From: a virus
Lineage: Duplodnaviria; Caudoviricetes
Virus record (IMG/VR): IMGVR_UViG_3300033562_001124
Span: 1 to 49,614 of that record
Length of the DNA stretch: 49,614 nt
Strand: one strand, 5' to 3'
This document shows positions 34,867 through 45,416 of this stretch, in pieces. The position numbers and the translations under genes are program-made. Position 1 is the first letter of the stretch, and each line of letters opens with the position of its first letter. The notes under the pieces are model-generated. The model made no database searches. It saw only the letters and a list, made by a program, of their open reading frames with translations, and was not told the origin of the DNA.

Positions 34867-37800
34867 TAGTGTGACCTCATCTTACTTCTTTTTAAAAGTT
34901 TCACAAAATCATTCACTGTGGTCTGGGATGCTTGAAATTCACCAGAAGCTCCAGCAGGAAGTTCAAAAACTAATCTTTGAGGAGGTATCTGACTGATGTT
35001 TCTATCATCGGAGACATCTCTCCGAATGTTAGAAAAAACATCAAGTGTGTCAGTATTGAACATGTCACTGATAAGCGGAGAAACGATATTTGACATGCTT
35101 CCCATAGATGATGAAATTGCTTCAGTAACACTTCCACCTTCTTGCAACTTTAGCACACTGTTCTGTGTTCTGTCTCTAAGTAAATCAGCAACCTTTCTCA
35201 TGGATATTAATTTTTCATTAAGACCATATAATTGCAGATGTTTTCTGGAATAAGCAGAAGTGGCCTCACCAAGAACAAAGTTCAAAGCATTATTATCTGG
35301 AGTACTTGATCCTTCAGGCATATAAAAGCCATCACGTGATCCAGGAGACGTGTACGTTTTGCCACTAATGAAAGCACCAGCAGACGATAAATCCCCAAGA
35401 GTTGTAAGATGTTTATCAAGTTCATTTGCAATGGTATTAACTGCGGTGAACAAGTCTGAAGTTTCTCCTGTTTCTTCATACTTTTTCCAACCATTAGCGA
35501 GTGAAGCAACTCCCATAGAATCCATAAAGTATTTAAGAGACAGCGATTTTCTTTCACCAGCGGAAAGACCTTCTACAGCCTTACCGTCATCCGTCTTTGT
35601 TTCTTTAACCTTCTCTTCTTTAATCTTGACATCTTGAACTTCTGGGTATGTTTCTTTTATTTCTTCTATTACTTGGGCCTTCTCTTCTTCTGTTTTTGGC
35701 TCTTCTGAGAACCATTTAGGGGCAATCTTTTTGTAATCAAGGTAACCAAGATGTTTTCCTTTTTCAGGATTTCTTTTTCTAACAGGTCCACCTTTCTGGA
35801 ATCTTGCTCTTTTCTCATTCAGTTCATCAAAGAAATCTTCTCCATAAAGGTTTTCATTATGTTTTACAGCTTCTTTATTTATTACCCACTCACCTGGTTC
35901 AAGAAGTGCTGGGATGATATCTCCTCCACCATATCCTGGAATTCTCTGACCACTTTGAGCCCTAACTCCAGCTACCCCACCATTTGTTGAATCATTATCA
36001 CGTCCTTTAATCTTATCAACTATTGTTTCTACAAGACCTTTTTCTTTAGGCACTGTTCCTTCAGTTACATATTTTATTGTTTTGACTATGGTGTCCCTTG
36101 AAGCTGATAACTTACTCCAAGTATCCCACACTTCTCTTAGTTGAGTTTCTCCAGTAACAGTAACAGAAAGTTTAAAAGAAATGTCTTTAGCCATTTGATC
36201 CAGTTTCGTTTTAAGATCATTAAGCTTTGCCAAGACATCATTTGATGTTTCTCCTAATTTAAGATTTAACAGAATGTCTTTCGGCATTGATGTTACTAAG
36301 GTTGAAATCTCTCCAACTTTGGTATTAACTGCATCAACTGCGGTTCCTATTGGAGCAGAACCAGATCCGGCATCACCTTTAAATGCAAAATTTACATCTT
36401 TAGTGGAAGCTGGATTTTTTGCACTGTCCATAGTATCAAGTGTTTTTGACACTTCATCAATCTTTGTTGTTATGTCTGCTGGTTTTCCATCACCGACGTC
36501 ACCAGTGAAATTAAACTTTAATTCCCGTTTTAGATTATTTTTATCGTCATAGATCTTTACGATATCATCACTGACTTGTTGGATCTTATCATTGATTGCA
36601 ACTGATTTTCCATCTGCTCCACCAGCTTTAAAATCAAATAACAGATCTCTTGTTTTATTATCGTTTCCTACAAGTGTGACAAGTTCTTTTCCTACCTCTT
36701 GAATCTTAGTTGAAATTGGAACTGATTTACCATCTGCTCCACCATGTTTGAAAGCGATTGTAACTTCCCGTGTACCTGTACCAGCTTCCGACAGGTATTT
36801 ATTTATTCGGTCAAGATCAATCAGAGCATTCGGATCAACCTTTACTGGATTTAAGGAAAGATTTTTTTGCTGTTCTGTAATCTCTGCCATTTTAGCACTT
36901 GTTGAAGTCATGCCTGCACTGACACTCTTGGACATTTCTTCGGCTTTCAACTTTGTTTCTTCAAGACTCGCCTGCATTTCTTTTGATATTGTTTTCTGAA
37001 GTCTTGACGCATCATCCATATAAGTTCCAACTTCTTCAAGTTTCTTCTTATAGGCTTTGATATCATCCCCTTGAGCAATACTTCCAGCAGACTCCTTATA
37101 AGCTTCGTATGACTGCTTGGCGTAATCGGAGGCCTCATCAAACTCTTTAGCTGACATTGCTCTTCTTGCTTTGCTTGCAAGCTCTTTAGCTCTTGTGGTT
37201 TCTGCTTCATGTTTCTGTTTATCAGTCATCGTTTTAAACGATAAACTGAGCTTGTCTTCCTCTACAGTTTTATCAATGCCTTTTCTTCTATCAACTTCTG
37301 CTTTGATCTTTGTGGTAAGATCTTTTTCGTAACTGAGCATGTCATCCAGAACCTTTTTATAATTATCATATCGGCTCTGCATAACTTCTTTTTGTTTTGT
37401 GAAAAGTTCTATGTTTAATTCAAGGATTTTTTCACTGGTCTTCTTTTCATCTTCTGGCATCAGTTTAGCCACTTCCATTCTTGTTTCAATATCTTTAACG
37501 GAAATGTCTGCAAGTTTGGTGTAATATGAATCAGCTATTGACAAAGATCTTTTGGTGTAGTCAAAATAAGCACTGGTTAGTTTTTCGTATTTAAGAGATT
37601 CATCACTTATAGAAGCCTCAGCTTTTAATTGAAGGTCTTGATACTTTTTATCCTCTAACATCATCATTTTGGTTAAATGAGATTCAAGGGTTTCCTTCTC
37701 CGCAGCATAATAATATTGAACAGCTTTCAAACGCTCTTTGTGGTGATCTACAAATGCGGCTTGTCGGTCTTTCAATAATTTCTTTTCGGCAAACTGACCC

Positions 37801-40800
37801 TCTTTGATTGTCTTGAGAACTTGATCCTTTTGATCTTTTTCCAAAGCTTCACGTTCAGATTTAGATCCTTTGAAACCAGCAAGTTCTTCAACTTGTGCTT
37901 TTTGTTTTTCAGCAAGTTCGGTATGCAGAGCCTCTCTAACAGCAACAAGTCCTTTCTCGATGTAATTCATTTTATCTTCGAAGGTTGTTTTCTCATTCTT
38001 GACCAGTTCAGCGTAACCTTCGTTGGTTGCTTTCAGAGTTCCTGAAACCGTTTTATGGGCATTCTCTGCTTCAACCTTAGCTTCCCTTGCGGCTGTTGCA
38101 ACTCTTTTTAATCCTTCTTCAATTGCACCTTGATACTCGATTTGCATTCTGTTTGATTCAACAAATCCCCTTGCCATATCTGATATTTCGGCATTAGACA
38201 AAGATCCAGCATCTTTGTTTTTTAAAAGGGAAACCGTCACATCATCTGCTAATTTCTGAACATTATCCAAATAATCTTGTTGTTCAGCGTTTCCTGCCGC
38301 TGCTTCTTCTTTTAATTTTTTATATGATACTGCCGCTCTCTCTGCGGATGTTCCAACTTTATCTAAAGTTACAGGTATACTTTCACTAAAACCAAAACCA
38401 TCACCGATATCTTCAGACATCGCACTTTTAAAACCTTCCCATATATTCTTTAAAGTATCCCATTTATGGTTGGCGTCACCAGCAGCTTGAGCCGATCTTA
38501 CTAAACTCTTTGTTATTTCACCATCTAAAGTTGATGCCAAATTTTTTGTGTAAGTATCAAGATCTTTAGTCACTATCCCTGTTTCATCAATAACCTTACT
38601 ATAATTTGTTACAAATTTGACATTTTCATCTGAACTTTTTCCAACTCCATCAATAGCATATTTTAAATTTTTTCCGGCTTCTTGTGCCTCAGAAGAAAAT
38701 TTTCCTTTTTCCTTTACAATTCTGTTATATTCTTCTAATTTAGTTCGGACTTGACCTAATGCTCCACCGTATTCTGTTTCCTTCTTTATAAGAGCCTCGG
38801 TTTCTTTCCGTGAAGAATTCATAGCGGATGCCAATAATGTGATTGCTGCAACTGTTGCAAAGATTGTGGCACCAACTGGTGTTAATGCAAATCCCAACAA
38901 AGCTTTTGAAGCAATGGCTATTTGTGGAATAAGTTTGGTTCCGAGAAGTACCCACAAAACTTTTCCTGCTGAGGCAACTGCAACCAAAGCCGCTGCCGCA
39001 GTTGTCATGCTTATGACAAAATTTCCAGTTGTTGTATCTGCTGCCCAAATAAGACCTTTAGTAAAAAGACCTAAAGTAGCTATTATGCCTTTTAGTATTG
39101 CATGGAATCCAGAATCACTCATTTTTACAATGAGTATGTCCCACTGATTCTGAACGTTCTTCCAGGTATTAGCCATACCTTCCATCTGTGTAGCGGCCAT
39201 TTTTGCAGCAACACCCTGTTCATCTAATGAAGATTTGAACTTTCTAAACTGATTTATTCCAAGAGTAGTAAATGCCATAATAGCTCTACCTGCTCTTACA
39301 TCGAACATCTTAATGGCATCTTCTGAGTTTGTCACTACAGCTGGCAAGAGTGCCAGTATGTTTTCAAACGAATTCATTCTCGGATTGAAATCATCTAATG
39401 AATATCCAGCTTTCTCAACGGCTGCTTTGAATGCTTCTGATGGTTTCATCAAACCGTTTAACATATTGGTCAAACCAGTACCAACAGTACTTGCTCTCAA
39501 ACCAGCATTATACATCAACATTGTTGCTGCTGCGGTATCTCGTATAGAAAGACCAGCTTGCTCCGCAACAGGTCCTATATAGTTGAATGATGTGTTTAGT
39601 TTGGAGATTGTTGATCTTGATTTCGTGACAGCATTTGCAAATATATCAGCCGTCATTCTTGCATCATCCATACCAAGACCAAATACCGTAACTGCGGTTG
39701 ATGTAAGTTCTGTGGCAGTTCTCAATCCTTCCATCGTACCTGTTGCAAGATCTACAATTGCAGGCATACCTTGAATTGTTTCAACTGCATCAAAACCAGC
39801 CTGGCCAAATTCTTTCATACCATCAGCAAGTTCAGTTATTGAATACCGAGAAGATCCAGTTAAGTTTAAAAGAAGATCATCAAGAACCTGAACCTCAGAA
39901 CTTGTGGCACTTAAAATAGATTTCAAATCGTAAAGGGCCTGATCATGATCCATTACAACTTTGGTAGCGTGTGACAAACCTTGAACAAATGACTGCAAGA
40001 CATTCGAACTTATCATGTACGAGGCATACGTTCTGAAACTCTTGGCTATATTATCAATGACTGTTTTGAAAGCATCCCCTGATTTTGCAGTAGCATTCTG
40101 GTCATTCTTTAACTGGTTTAACATAGCCGTAACTTTACCGATACTTACTTCTTCATTTTTAAGAGTCTGGATAACCCTTCTTGCAGTTTCCCCATAAGCA
40201 TCCGTGCTTTTTAAAAGATCTCTGAACTTTATGGTTTGAATATCATAAGCTTCCTTCTGTTTCTGCATCTGATTGATGTGGGTTTTATAATCAGATTCTA
40301 ATTTCTTCATGCTGTTGGAAATTGCATCGTATTGTGCAGGTTCTCTTTTCAGAGTATCCATCAAAGATCTTGCTTCGACACCATATTTATTTGTTAGACC
40401 AGTAAGATCCCCGTATTTTATTGCAAGCTTCGTATATGCTTTTTCACTGTTTCTCGTTAAGGTCTCTTGTTTAGTGAACTCTGTACTCAACTTGGTTAAT
40501 TCTGCTTTGACCTCAGCAAGTTTCGCTGGCTCAGTGGAAAGTACCTGCAACCATCTCCTTGCTTCATCTGAAGTTTTACCAGTAGCTGTTAACAATTCTC
40601 GGTACTTAATTATCAGAGTACTTTGGGCTTCTGTACTTTTGCGAACAACACCTTCTTGTTTCTTATACTCAGAATTGACATTGATCAATGAGGCAGTAAC
40701 CCTATCTAACTCCTTCGGTTCTTGCTTTATAGTATTGATCATGTTTCTTGCATTTTCGCCATACTTTGTAGTTGAAGCAAGAAGTCCACTGTACTTGATA

Positions 40801-41990
40801 GTTAATCCTCCAATTGCCTTTTCAGCCTTTTCTTTTAAAGCGATATCATTTTTTTGAGCTTGTATATAATCTTTGGATTTTGTAAAAGCATCAGCAAAAC
40901 TTGAAGTTTCACGAAGAATAGCATTTGTGAGTTTTCCAATCTCTTCAGTACTCTGACCAGAAAGAACTCTCAAGGTGTGCATATTGCTTATAAACTTATT
41001 GAAATTAGGGTCAAGCATACCAAGACTTTGGGCAGTCTTGATTGTCAAATCCCCGAACGGTTTCATTCCTTCAACCGAAAGAATCTTTAAACCAGAAGAA
41101 GTCATACTTATATGTTTAAGCAAACCGGCTTGGGCATTTGACAAAACTTGATTGACTACGGCAGCACGGTCAACTGAAGCAATCCATTTTGCATTCTCTC
41201 CAGTTAAATTCTTTTGGTTTATCCCAAGCTTAGTTAAACTTGTATCAAGAGTATTCAGAACAGGAATGAATACTTTGAACTTTGCATCAGCAAAACCTAC
41301 TTGTCGTCCGAGTTCTCTAATTGCTTTTACTTGACTTTCTCCGTAACTGACTTTAGCCGATTCTCTTAAAGTCTTTGTATACAGAGAAGTGTTATCATGC
41401 AGTTCCTTAAGAGATTTGACAATGTTCTTATTTGATACGAGGTACGAATAACTATCGGCGGTCATGTTTTTAAATTGACCGCCTACAAGTTTAAGATCTC
41501 CAGCCTGCTGCTTTATAGCAATATCCGCAAAAGATATATTCTTGTTCAGATCCCTTTCAGATCCACCAAGAAGTTTAATATCAATCATAAGATTGTTAAT
41601 TGCTTTATCGTACTCCATAGCCCGTGCTTTAGCTGCACCAAGAGTCGTACGACCAGCATCAATGTCTTTCCGGAAATGGGCCCAGGCTTGTTGGGCAAGA
41701 GTTGAAGTTTTCTCAAAACTTCTATTTGCAGTCTCAAGGGCCTTCATGGCATCGAAAGCCCCTTTACTCTGTTTGGTCAAACCAACAAGACTTACTGCAA
41801 ACTTATTGATTGCCATAGAGACATGACCAACAGCTTCAGCGGCCTCAGTTTTCTGCAAATTTAAAAGTTCTTTAGCCGTTTTTTGCAGTTCGATGGCTAT
41901 CTTCTGAAAACCTTTCTGGAAGGAATTGAACGTGTGTTCTGTTCCACTTCCCAAAGAAGCAACAAACTCGGTTTCTATTCTGTTGGTCAT
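34866..41990 (-). CDS. Tail tape measure protein
   Basis: 2374 aa helical; TP901-like core (GQAGF, LAT, GPVA..AG.S, AG.RAS..GT.L), hydrophobic segment, GYGGGD.IPALLEPGE. Confidence 0.93.
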   Translation of the reverse strand: MTNRIETEFVASLGSGTEHTFNSFQKGFQKIAIELQKTAKELLNLQKTEAAEAVGHVSMAINKFAVSLVGLTKQSKGAFDAMKALETANRSFEKTSTLAQQAWAHFRKDIDAGRTTLGAAKARAMEYDKAINNLMIDIKLLGGSERDLNKNISFADIAIKQQAGDLKLVGGQFKNMTADSYSYLVSNKNIVKSLKELHDNTSLYTKTLRESAKVSYGESQVKAIRELGRQVGFADAKFKVFIPVLNTLDTSLTKLGINQKNLTGENAKWIASVDRAAVVNQVLSNAQAGLLKHISMTSSGLKILSVEGMKPFGDLTIKTAQSLGMLDPNFNKFISNMHTLRVLSGQSTEEIGKLTNAILRETSSFADAFTKSKDYIQAQKNDIALKEKAEKAIGGLTIKYSGLLASTTKYGENARNMINTIKQEPKELDRVTASLINVNSEYKKQEGVVRKSTEAQSTLIIKYRELLTATGKTSDEARRWLQVLSTEPAKLAEVKAELTKLSTEFTKQETLTRNSEKAYTKLAIKYGDLTGLTNKYGVEARSLMDTLKREPAQYDAISNSMKKLESDYKTHINQMQKQKEAYDIQTIKFRDLLKSTDAYGETARRVIQTLKNEEVSIGKVTAMLNQLKNDQNATAKSGDAFKTVIDNIAKSFRTYASYMISSNVLQSFVQGLSHATKVVMDHDQALYDLKSILSATSSEVQVLDDLLLNLTGSSRYSITELADGMKEFGQAGFDAVETIQGMPAIVDLATGTMEGLRTATELTSTAVTVFGLGMDDARMTADIFANAVTKSRSTISKLNTSFNYIGPVAEQAGLSIRDTAAATMLMYNAGLRASTVGTGLTNMLNGLMKPSEAFKAAVEKAGYSLDDFNPRMNSFENILALLPAVVTNSEDAIKMFDVRAGRAIMAFTTLGINQFRKFKSSLDEQGVAAKMAATQMEGMANTWKNVQNQWDILIVKMSDSGFHAILKGIIATLGLFTKGLIWAADTTTGNFVISMTTAAAALVAVASAGKVLWVLLGTKLIPQIAIASKALLGFALTPVGATIFATVAAITLLASAMNSSRKETEALIKKETEYGGALGQVRTKLEEYNRIVKEKGKFSSEAQEAGKNLKYAIDGVGKSSDENVKFVTNYSKVIDETGIVTKDLDTYTKNLASTLDGEITKSLVRSAQAAGDANHKWDTLKNIWEGFKSAMSEDIGDGFGFSESIPVTLDKVGTSAERAAVSYKKLKEEAAAGNAEQQDYLDNVQKLADDVTVSLLKNKDAGSLSNAEISDMARGFVESNRMQIEYQGAIEEGLKRVATAAREAKVEAENAHKTVSGTLKATNEGYAELVKNEKTTFEDKMNYIEKGLVAVREALHTELAEKQKAQVEELAGFKGSKSEREALEKDQKDQVLKTIKEGQFAEKKLLKDRQAAFVDHHKERLKAVQYYYAAEKETLESHLTKMMMLEDKKYQDLQLKAEASISDESLKYEKLTSAYFDYTKRSLSIADSYYTKLADISVKDIETRMEVAKLMPEDEKKTSEKILELNIELFTKQKEVMQSRYDNYKKVLDDMLSYEKDLTTKIKAEVDRRKGIDKTVEEDKLSLSFKTMTDKQKHEAETTRAKELASKARRAMSAKEFDEASDYAKQSYEAYKESAGSIAQGDDIKAYKKKLEEVGTYMDDASRLQKTISKEMQASLEETKLKAEEMSKSVSAGMTSTSAKMAEITEQQKNLSLNPVKVDPNALIDLDRINKYLSEAGTGTREVTIAFKHGGADGKSVPISTKIQEVGKELVTLVGNDNKTRDLLFDFKAGGADGKSVAINDKIQQVSDDIVKIYDDKNNLKRELKFNFTGDVGDGKPADITTKIDEVSKTLDTMDSAKNPASTKDVNFAFKGDAGSGSAPIGTAVDAVNTKVGEISTLVTSMPKDILLNLKLGETSNDVLAKLNDLKTKLDQMAKDISFKLSVTVTGETQLREVWDTWSKLSASRDTIVKTIKYVTEGTVPKEKGLVETIVDKIKGRDNDSTNGGVAGVRAQSGQRIPGYGGGDIIPALLEPGEWVINKEAVKHNENLYGEDFFDELNEKRARFQKGGPVRKRNPEKGKHLGYLDYKKIAPKWFSEEPKTEEEKAQVIEEIKETYPEVQDVKIKEEKVKETKTDDGKAVEGLSAGERKSLSLKYFMDSMGVASLANGWKKYEETGETSDLFTAVNTIANELDKHLTTLGDLSSAGAFISGKTYTSPGSRDGFYMPEGSSTPDNNALNFVLGEATSAYSRKHLQLYGLNEKLISMRKVADLLRDRTQNSVLKLQEGGSVTEAISSSMGSMSNIVSPLISDMFNTDTLDVFSNIRRDVSDDRNISQIPPQRLVFELPAGASGEFQASQTTVNDFVKLLKRSKMRSH

Positions 41991-41997
41991 GTTCCCT

Positions 41998-42402
41998 CTA
42001 TTCTTTCAGATCTTTTCTCCCTTGTGACCAGTCTTTGTGTAATCCCATCATTCTCTGAGTTTCCAATTCCCGTTCTTCTTGGGTCATATGTTCATATTGT
42101 GATGGGTCTCCAAACAATGGTAACTTTTGAGAAACACCTGATTTATCTTTGAAAGTATTATTTTCGTCACTTTCCTTAAACTTTAATTTGACACCGTGGA
42201 GACTGGCTTCAAACTTCATTTCCTTCTTTTTGATCTTTTGTATGTTTTCATACAAAGCATAAAGTTGGGTGAAAGTTGGACCGCCTTCCATAAATGTTTT
42301 ATCAAATATGTCGTTTAATTTGTAGCCAGTGTTTCTGACAATTTCGGTGATAAGTTCGTCAAAGGAAATACTGTTTTCAGATTTTCCTTGACGACTTGGA
42401 AC
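41998..42402 (-). CDS. Tail assembly chaperone, frameshifted (gpT-like) extension
   Basis: -1 frame checked by hand to be open from the slippery site into ORF 41998..42291. Confidence 0.8.
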   Translation of the reverse strand, partial: VPSRQGKSENSISFDELITEIVRNTGYKLNDIFDKTFMEGGPTFTQLYALYENIQKIKKKEMKFEASLHGVKLKFKESDENNTFKDKSGVSQKLPLFGDPSQYEHMTQEERELETQRMMGLHKDWSQGRKDLKE

Positions 42403-42773
42403 TTTTTTCGCAAATCTTCACCGTAGTTAACCTCCATAATATTTTCTACAATTTCCATAAGTTGGACATTATCGAGAACATCAAGAGTTACTCTGTCATT
42501 TTCTTTGAAAACAAATGTCAGAACTTCCGATATATTGTTTCTTAAAGTACCTGACAAAATGTCGAAGTACGAAAAAGTTGACATATCTTCTTGTGGAGTT
42601 TCTCCCTTTCCGATGGTTGCTACGGCTTCGAAAAAACCACCGATAAGTCCAGGAATACTGAGTTGGCATGAGGCTGAAAGCGGGTACATTTTGACAGATC
42701 TCAATTCGTCAATGCCTACTTCCACTGTTTTAACGCGGGGATTTAATTTAGGAATTACTATTGAATTATCCAT
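42315..42773 (-). CDS. Tail assembly chaperone (gpG-like)
   Basis: Between the major tail and tape measure genes; contains the slippery heptamer. Confidence 0.8.
   Translation of the reverse strand: MDNSIVIPKLNPRVKTVEVGIDELRSVKMYPLSASCQLSIPGLIGGFFEAVATIGKGETPQEDMSTFSYFDILSGTLRNNISEVLTFVFKENDRVTLDVLDNVQLMEIVENIMEVNYGEDLRKKFQVVKENLKTVFPLTNLSPKLSETLATN
42402..42408 (-). other. Programmed -1 frameshift site A AAA AAG
   Basis: CGA AAA AAG in frame; a -1 shift joins the downstream ORF. Confidence 0.8.
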
Positions 42774-42795
42774 TTGGTACGCTCCTTGTTAATAC

Positions 42796-42832
42796 AAATA
42801 TGCCGCTGGTTTTTTATGTCAGCGGCATATTT
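42796..42832 (-). terminator. Hairpin / terminator after the major tail gene
   Basis: 13-bp inverted repeat AAATATGCCGCTG...CAGCGGCATATTT. Confidence 0.7.
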
Positions 42833-42861
42833 TCTAAATAAAATTGTACTGTTACCTTCTT

Positions 42862-43761
42862 TTAGTCGAAGTAAATCCGACCAAGAGGTCTGTTATCCCA
42901 GACTGCATGACCACCAGATGTTTCGCTATCTGCTCGTTTTGCTTCCCATACGATAGGAGGAGCCGCTGCATCTTCATCCGCAAACGATACTTCAGTATTA
43001 CCAGAAGCATTTGATCTGGGGAAAACGATGTACATGTGATTGATGCCGTTGGGGTAGGTGAACACCGCTTCAACACGAACGAATGCAGGAGCAACCATTG
43101 AACCGAGGTTGATCTCACCAGCGTGGTTGTTTGCGTATGCTGCCGTACCTGCAACAAACATGGTGGTTTCAAACACGAATGAATCATTTGCTGCCCAGGT
43201 TCCTGTGAAGAATCCTGCGGGGATGGAGAATCTTGGATTTCCAGCATTATCCGGAGCCATTGCCGTATTCAATGCAGAGAATGAATGAACGAGTCCAGCA
43301 TCTTCACCGAAGATTGATCCAGCTGCTGCTCCACTGAATACAACTGTGTATTTTTCATTCGTAACACCACCAGTATTGTTCACAACGATGGGACCTGCTG
43401 AAACTGTACCTGTTGCGGAGTTTCGTTTGATGATCTTCACAGTACTGCTTACATCAGCATTTGGATCAATACCACGAGCGTACGCCAAGTTCCGGCTGTG
43501 AAGTTCTTTGTACGAAATGGTCAAAGAGGCCTGTTCTGAAGTGGGGATAGAAATATCTTCCAGTTTCGGAAAGCCTGATTCCATTTTGAAGAACCCGGTC
43601 TGGGAATTGAAGTTTACTTCTCCAAGAGCACCGAGTGAATCTGCGGCAGAAAGAGCCGCGTTAATGTTTGCAATATTGGCTGCGGATGAGCCAACACGCA
43701 CCTGAGCAAGTCCTATTGCGACTGAACTGGTATCTTTTGTCAAAGGTCCTGATCTTGCCAT
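42862..43761 (-). CDS. Major tail (tube) protein
   Basis: Upstream of the chaperone and tape measure genes, strong AAGGAGG SD, followed by a hairpin. Confidence 0.8.
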   Translation of the reverse strand: MARSGPLTKDTSSVAIGLAQVRVGSSAANIANINAALSAADSLGALGEVNFNSQTGFFKMESGFPKLEDISIPTSEQASLTISYKELHSRNLAYARGIDPNADVSSTVKIIKRNSATGTVSAGPIVVNNTGGVTNEKYTVVFSGAAAGSIFGEDAGLVHSFSALNTAMAPDNAGNPRFSIPAGFFTGTWAANDSFVFETTMFVAGTAAYANNHAGEINLGSMVAPAFVRVEAVFTYPNGINHMYIVFPRSNASGNTEVSFADEDAAAPPIVWEAKRADSETSGGHAVWDNRPLGRIYFD

Positions 43762-43863
43762 TGTGTATTTCCTCCTTATAGATGAGTTTGCATTATCTTC
43801 AATTAAATAGATTTGATAAACATTTTCTATTTAACACGCCTAATTTATATTTTCAACACCTTC

Positions 43864-44316
43864 TTAATATCCTATTACAAAATCGTAAGACAGTCCCCTG
43901 CATGCCACCTTAGAATCTGTTTCAAAGATAGTTGTAGTTGTGTCCACCATAGCCATAAGACCTCCGATCAGAACAAACGGTGTGGTTCTTGTCTCGTAGA
44001 ATGGTATTGTCCTAAGACCATTAGTGTTTGTATCATCAGTGAATAACTCAGTGAAGTCATCATATATTCTGGACTGCTTGAAATACTCACTATCCTTTGT
44101 TGTGCATATGGTGAAAAGAACTTTTGTTTTCAAAATGTCAACTTTTCTCGGAAGAATTCCAGCAACAATAATCCATTTGTCAAGTTTAACTCCTAAATCG
44201 TCAACAGGTATATCTGACAAATCATCAAAGAATACTTTCACTGGAAATGCTTGATCTTCAAAAAATTGCATTAACGATTTTTTAAAATTAACTTCACTCA
44301 AGGTCGGGCTTGCCAT
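43864..44316 (-). CDS. Tail terminator-like protein
   Basis: Synteny and size; GGAGGAGG SD before ATG 44316. Confidence 0.5.
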   Translation of the reverse strand: MASPTLSEVNFKKSLMQFFEDQAFPVKVFFDDLSDIPVDDLGVKLDKWIIVAGILPRKVDILKTKVLFTICTTKDSEYFKQSRIYDDFTELFTDDTNTNGLRTIPFYETRTTPFVLIGGLMAMVDTTTTIFETDSKVACRGLSYDFVIGY

Positions 44317-44533
44317 ATGCCTCCTCCAATCCATGTTCTAAAGCATTAAATTCTTTAAGCACTTGCATAAATACATCATAAGACTTTTTAATTACAGGAT
44401 CGGAAAGATTAGCAGTTACCTCACAATGATCCATAATGTTGTTAAAATGAACAATTGTGTCTTGTGTTAAACACATGTGAACCGAAATCTTCTTTGTAAT
44501 AATATTGGTAATTTCAAGTAAATTTTCAGACAT
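44294..44533 (-). CDS. Hypothetical protein
   Basis: Operon packing. Confidence 0.55.
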   Translation of the reverse strand: MSENLLEITNIITKKISVHMCLTQDTIVHFNNIMDHCEVTANLSDPVIKKSYDVFMQVLKEFNALEHGLEEAYGKPDLE

Positions 44534-44534
44534 A

Positions 44535-45416
44535 TTATAAATCCTTCATTCCTTCCATTATTCTGTTAATTTCCTCAGATGATAATCCAGAAGATCTAAG
44601 AGATTTCAGGAGTATGTTGTTTTCATTCTTGTTCATTCTGCTTGTACTTATTTCTTCAGTCTGCATCCCACCACCAGACAGCACTTGTTTTATCTGTGAT
44701 TCACTGAAATCACTCTTCGGATTAGAATTAGCTACTGATTCATCTGAACCTTTGGCCGAGTAGCTGCCCATAGCACTTCCCATACTTCCCATACTTTCTT
44801 TAGAAGATTTAGACTGCATATTATTAGCCTTTATCCAATCAACAAAACTTTCTCTTATAGAATCAACCATTCCTGGAAAGTTTAATGCAACAAATCTTTG
44901 TATTGCTGCGGACACCATAGGTCTTGCTGACATATGAACAGTTCCAAATTCTAACCATTTTATAACATCTTTTGCTTTAACAAATCCTGTTTGTTGCCCG
45001 CTGAAACCGATCTGTGGTGTCAATGCTTTAGGATTAACAGAAACCCAAGCAATTGTTTTCTTTCCAATCTTACCTTTTCTCACTTCAAATGCTTCACTTG
45101 TTTGTCCTGTTCTTTTCCATGGGGTAGAACCATAATTTTGGGAAGCTTTCCATTTTTCGTATCTATTTGTCGTAAGTGATTTGAAATCAGTTCCACCTGT
45201 TACTTCTGGATGTTTGCCATCAATCGCTGATTGGATAAATACTTTACAAGCTATTGCTGCAAGATTTGTAAATCTTCCACCTTTTTCACCAGTAGTCCAA
45301 TAGGCAAAAGCTCTTGCATCAGAAGCAAGAGCCCTTGACTTCTCTTGTAGCTGGTTATATGTAGTTCCTAAAGTCTTATTGCCTAAAGCAAATAGTAACC
45401 CTTGTCTTTTCCCCAT
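44535..45416 (-). CDS. Neck / tail completion protein (HK97 gp10-like)
   Basis: RTG and WLEFGTVHMSARP motifs. Confidence 0.65.
   Translation of the reverse strand: MGKRQGLLFALGNKTLGTTYNQLQEKSRALASDARAFAYWTTGEKGGRFTNLAAIACKVFIQSAIDGKHPEVTGGTDFKSLTTNRYEKWKASQNYGSTPWKRTGQTSEAFEVRKGKIGKKTIAWVSVNPKALTPQIGFSGQQTGFVKAKDVIKWLEFGTVHMSARPMVSAAIQRFVALNFPGMVDSIRESFVDWIKANNMQSKSSKESMGSMGSAMGSYSAKGSDESVANSNPKSDFSESQIKQVLSGGGMQTEEISTSRMNKNENNILLKSLRSSGLSSEEINRIMEGMKDL

Noticed and set aside
34996-43705. Numerous + strand ORFs opposite the tail genes (e.g. 40309..40857)
   Set aside because: Antisense shadows of long coding regions with no motifs
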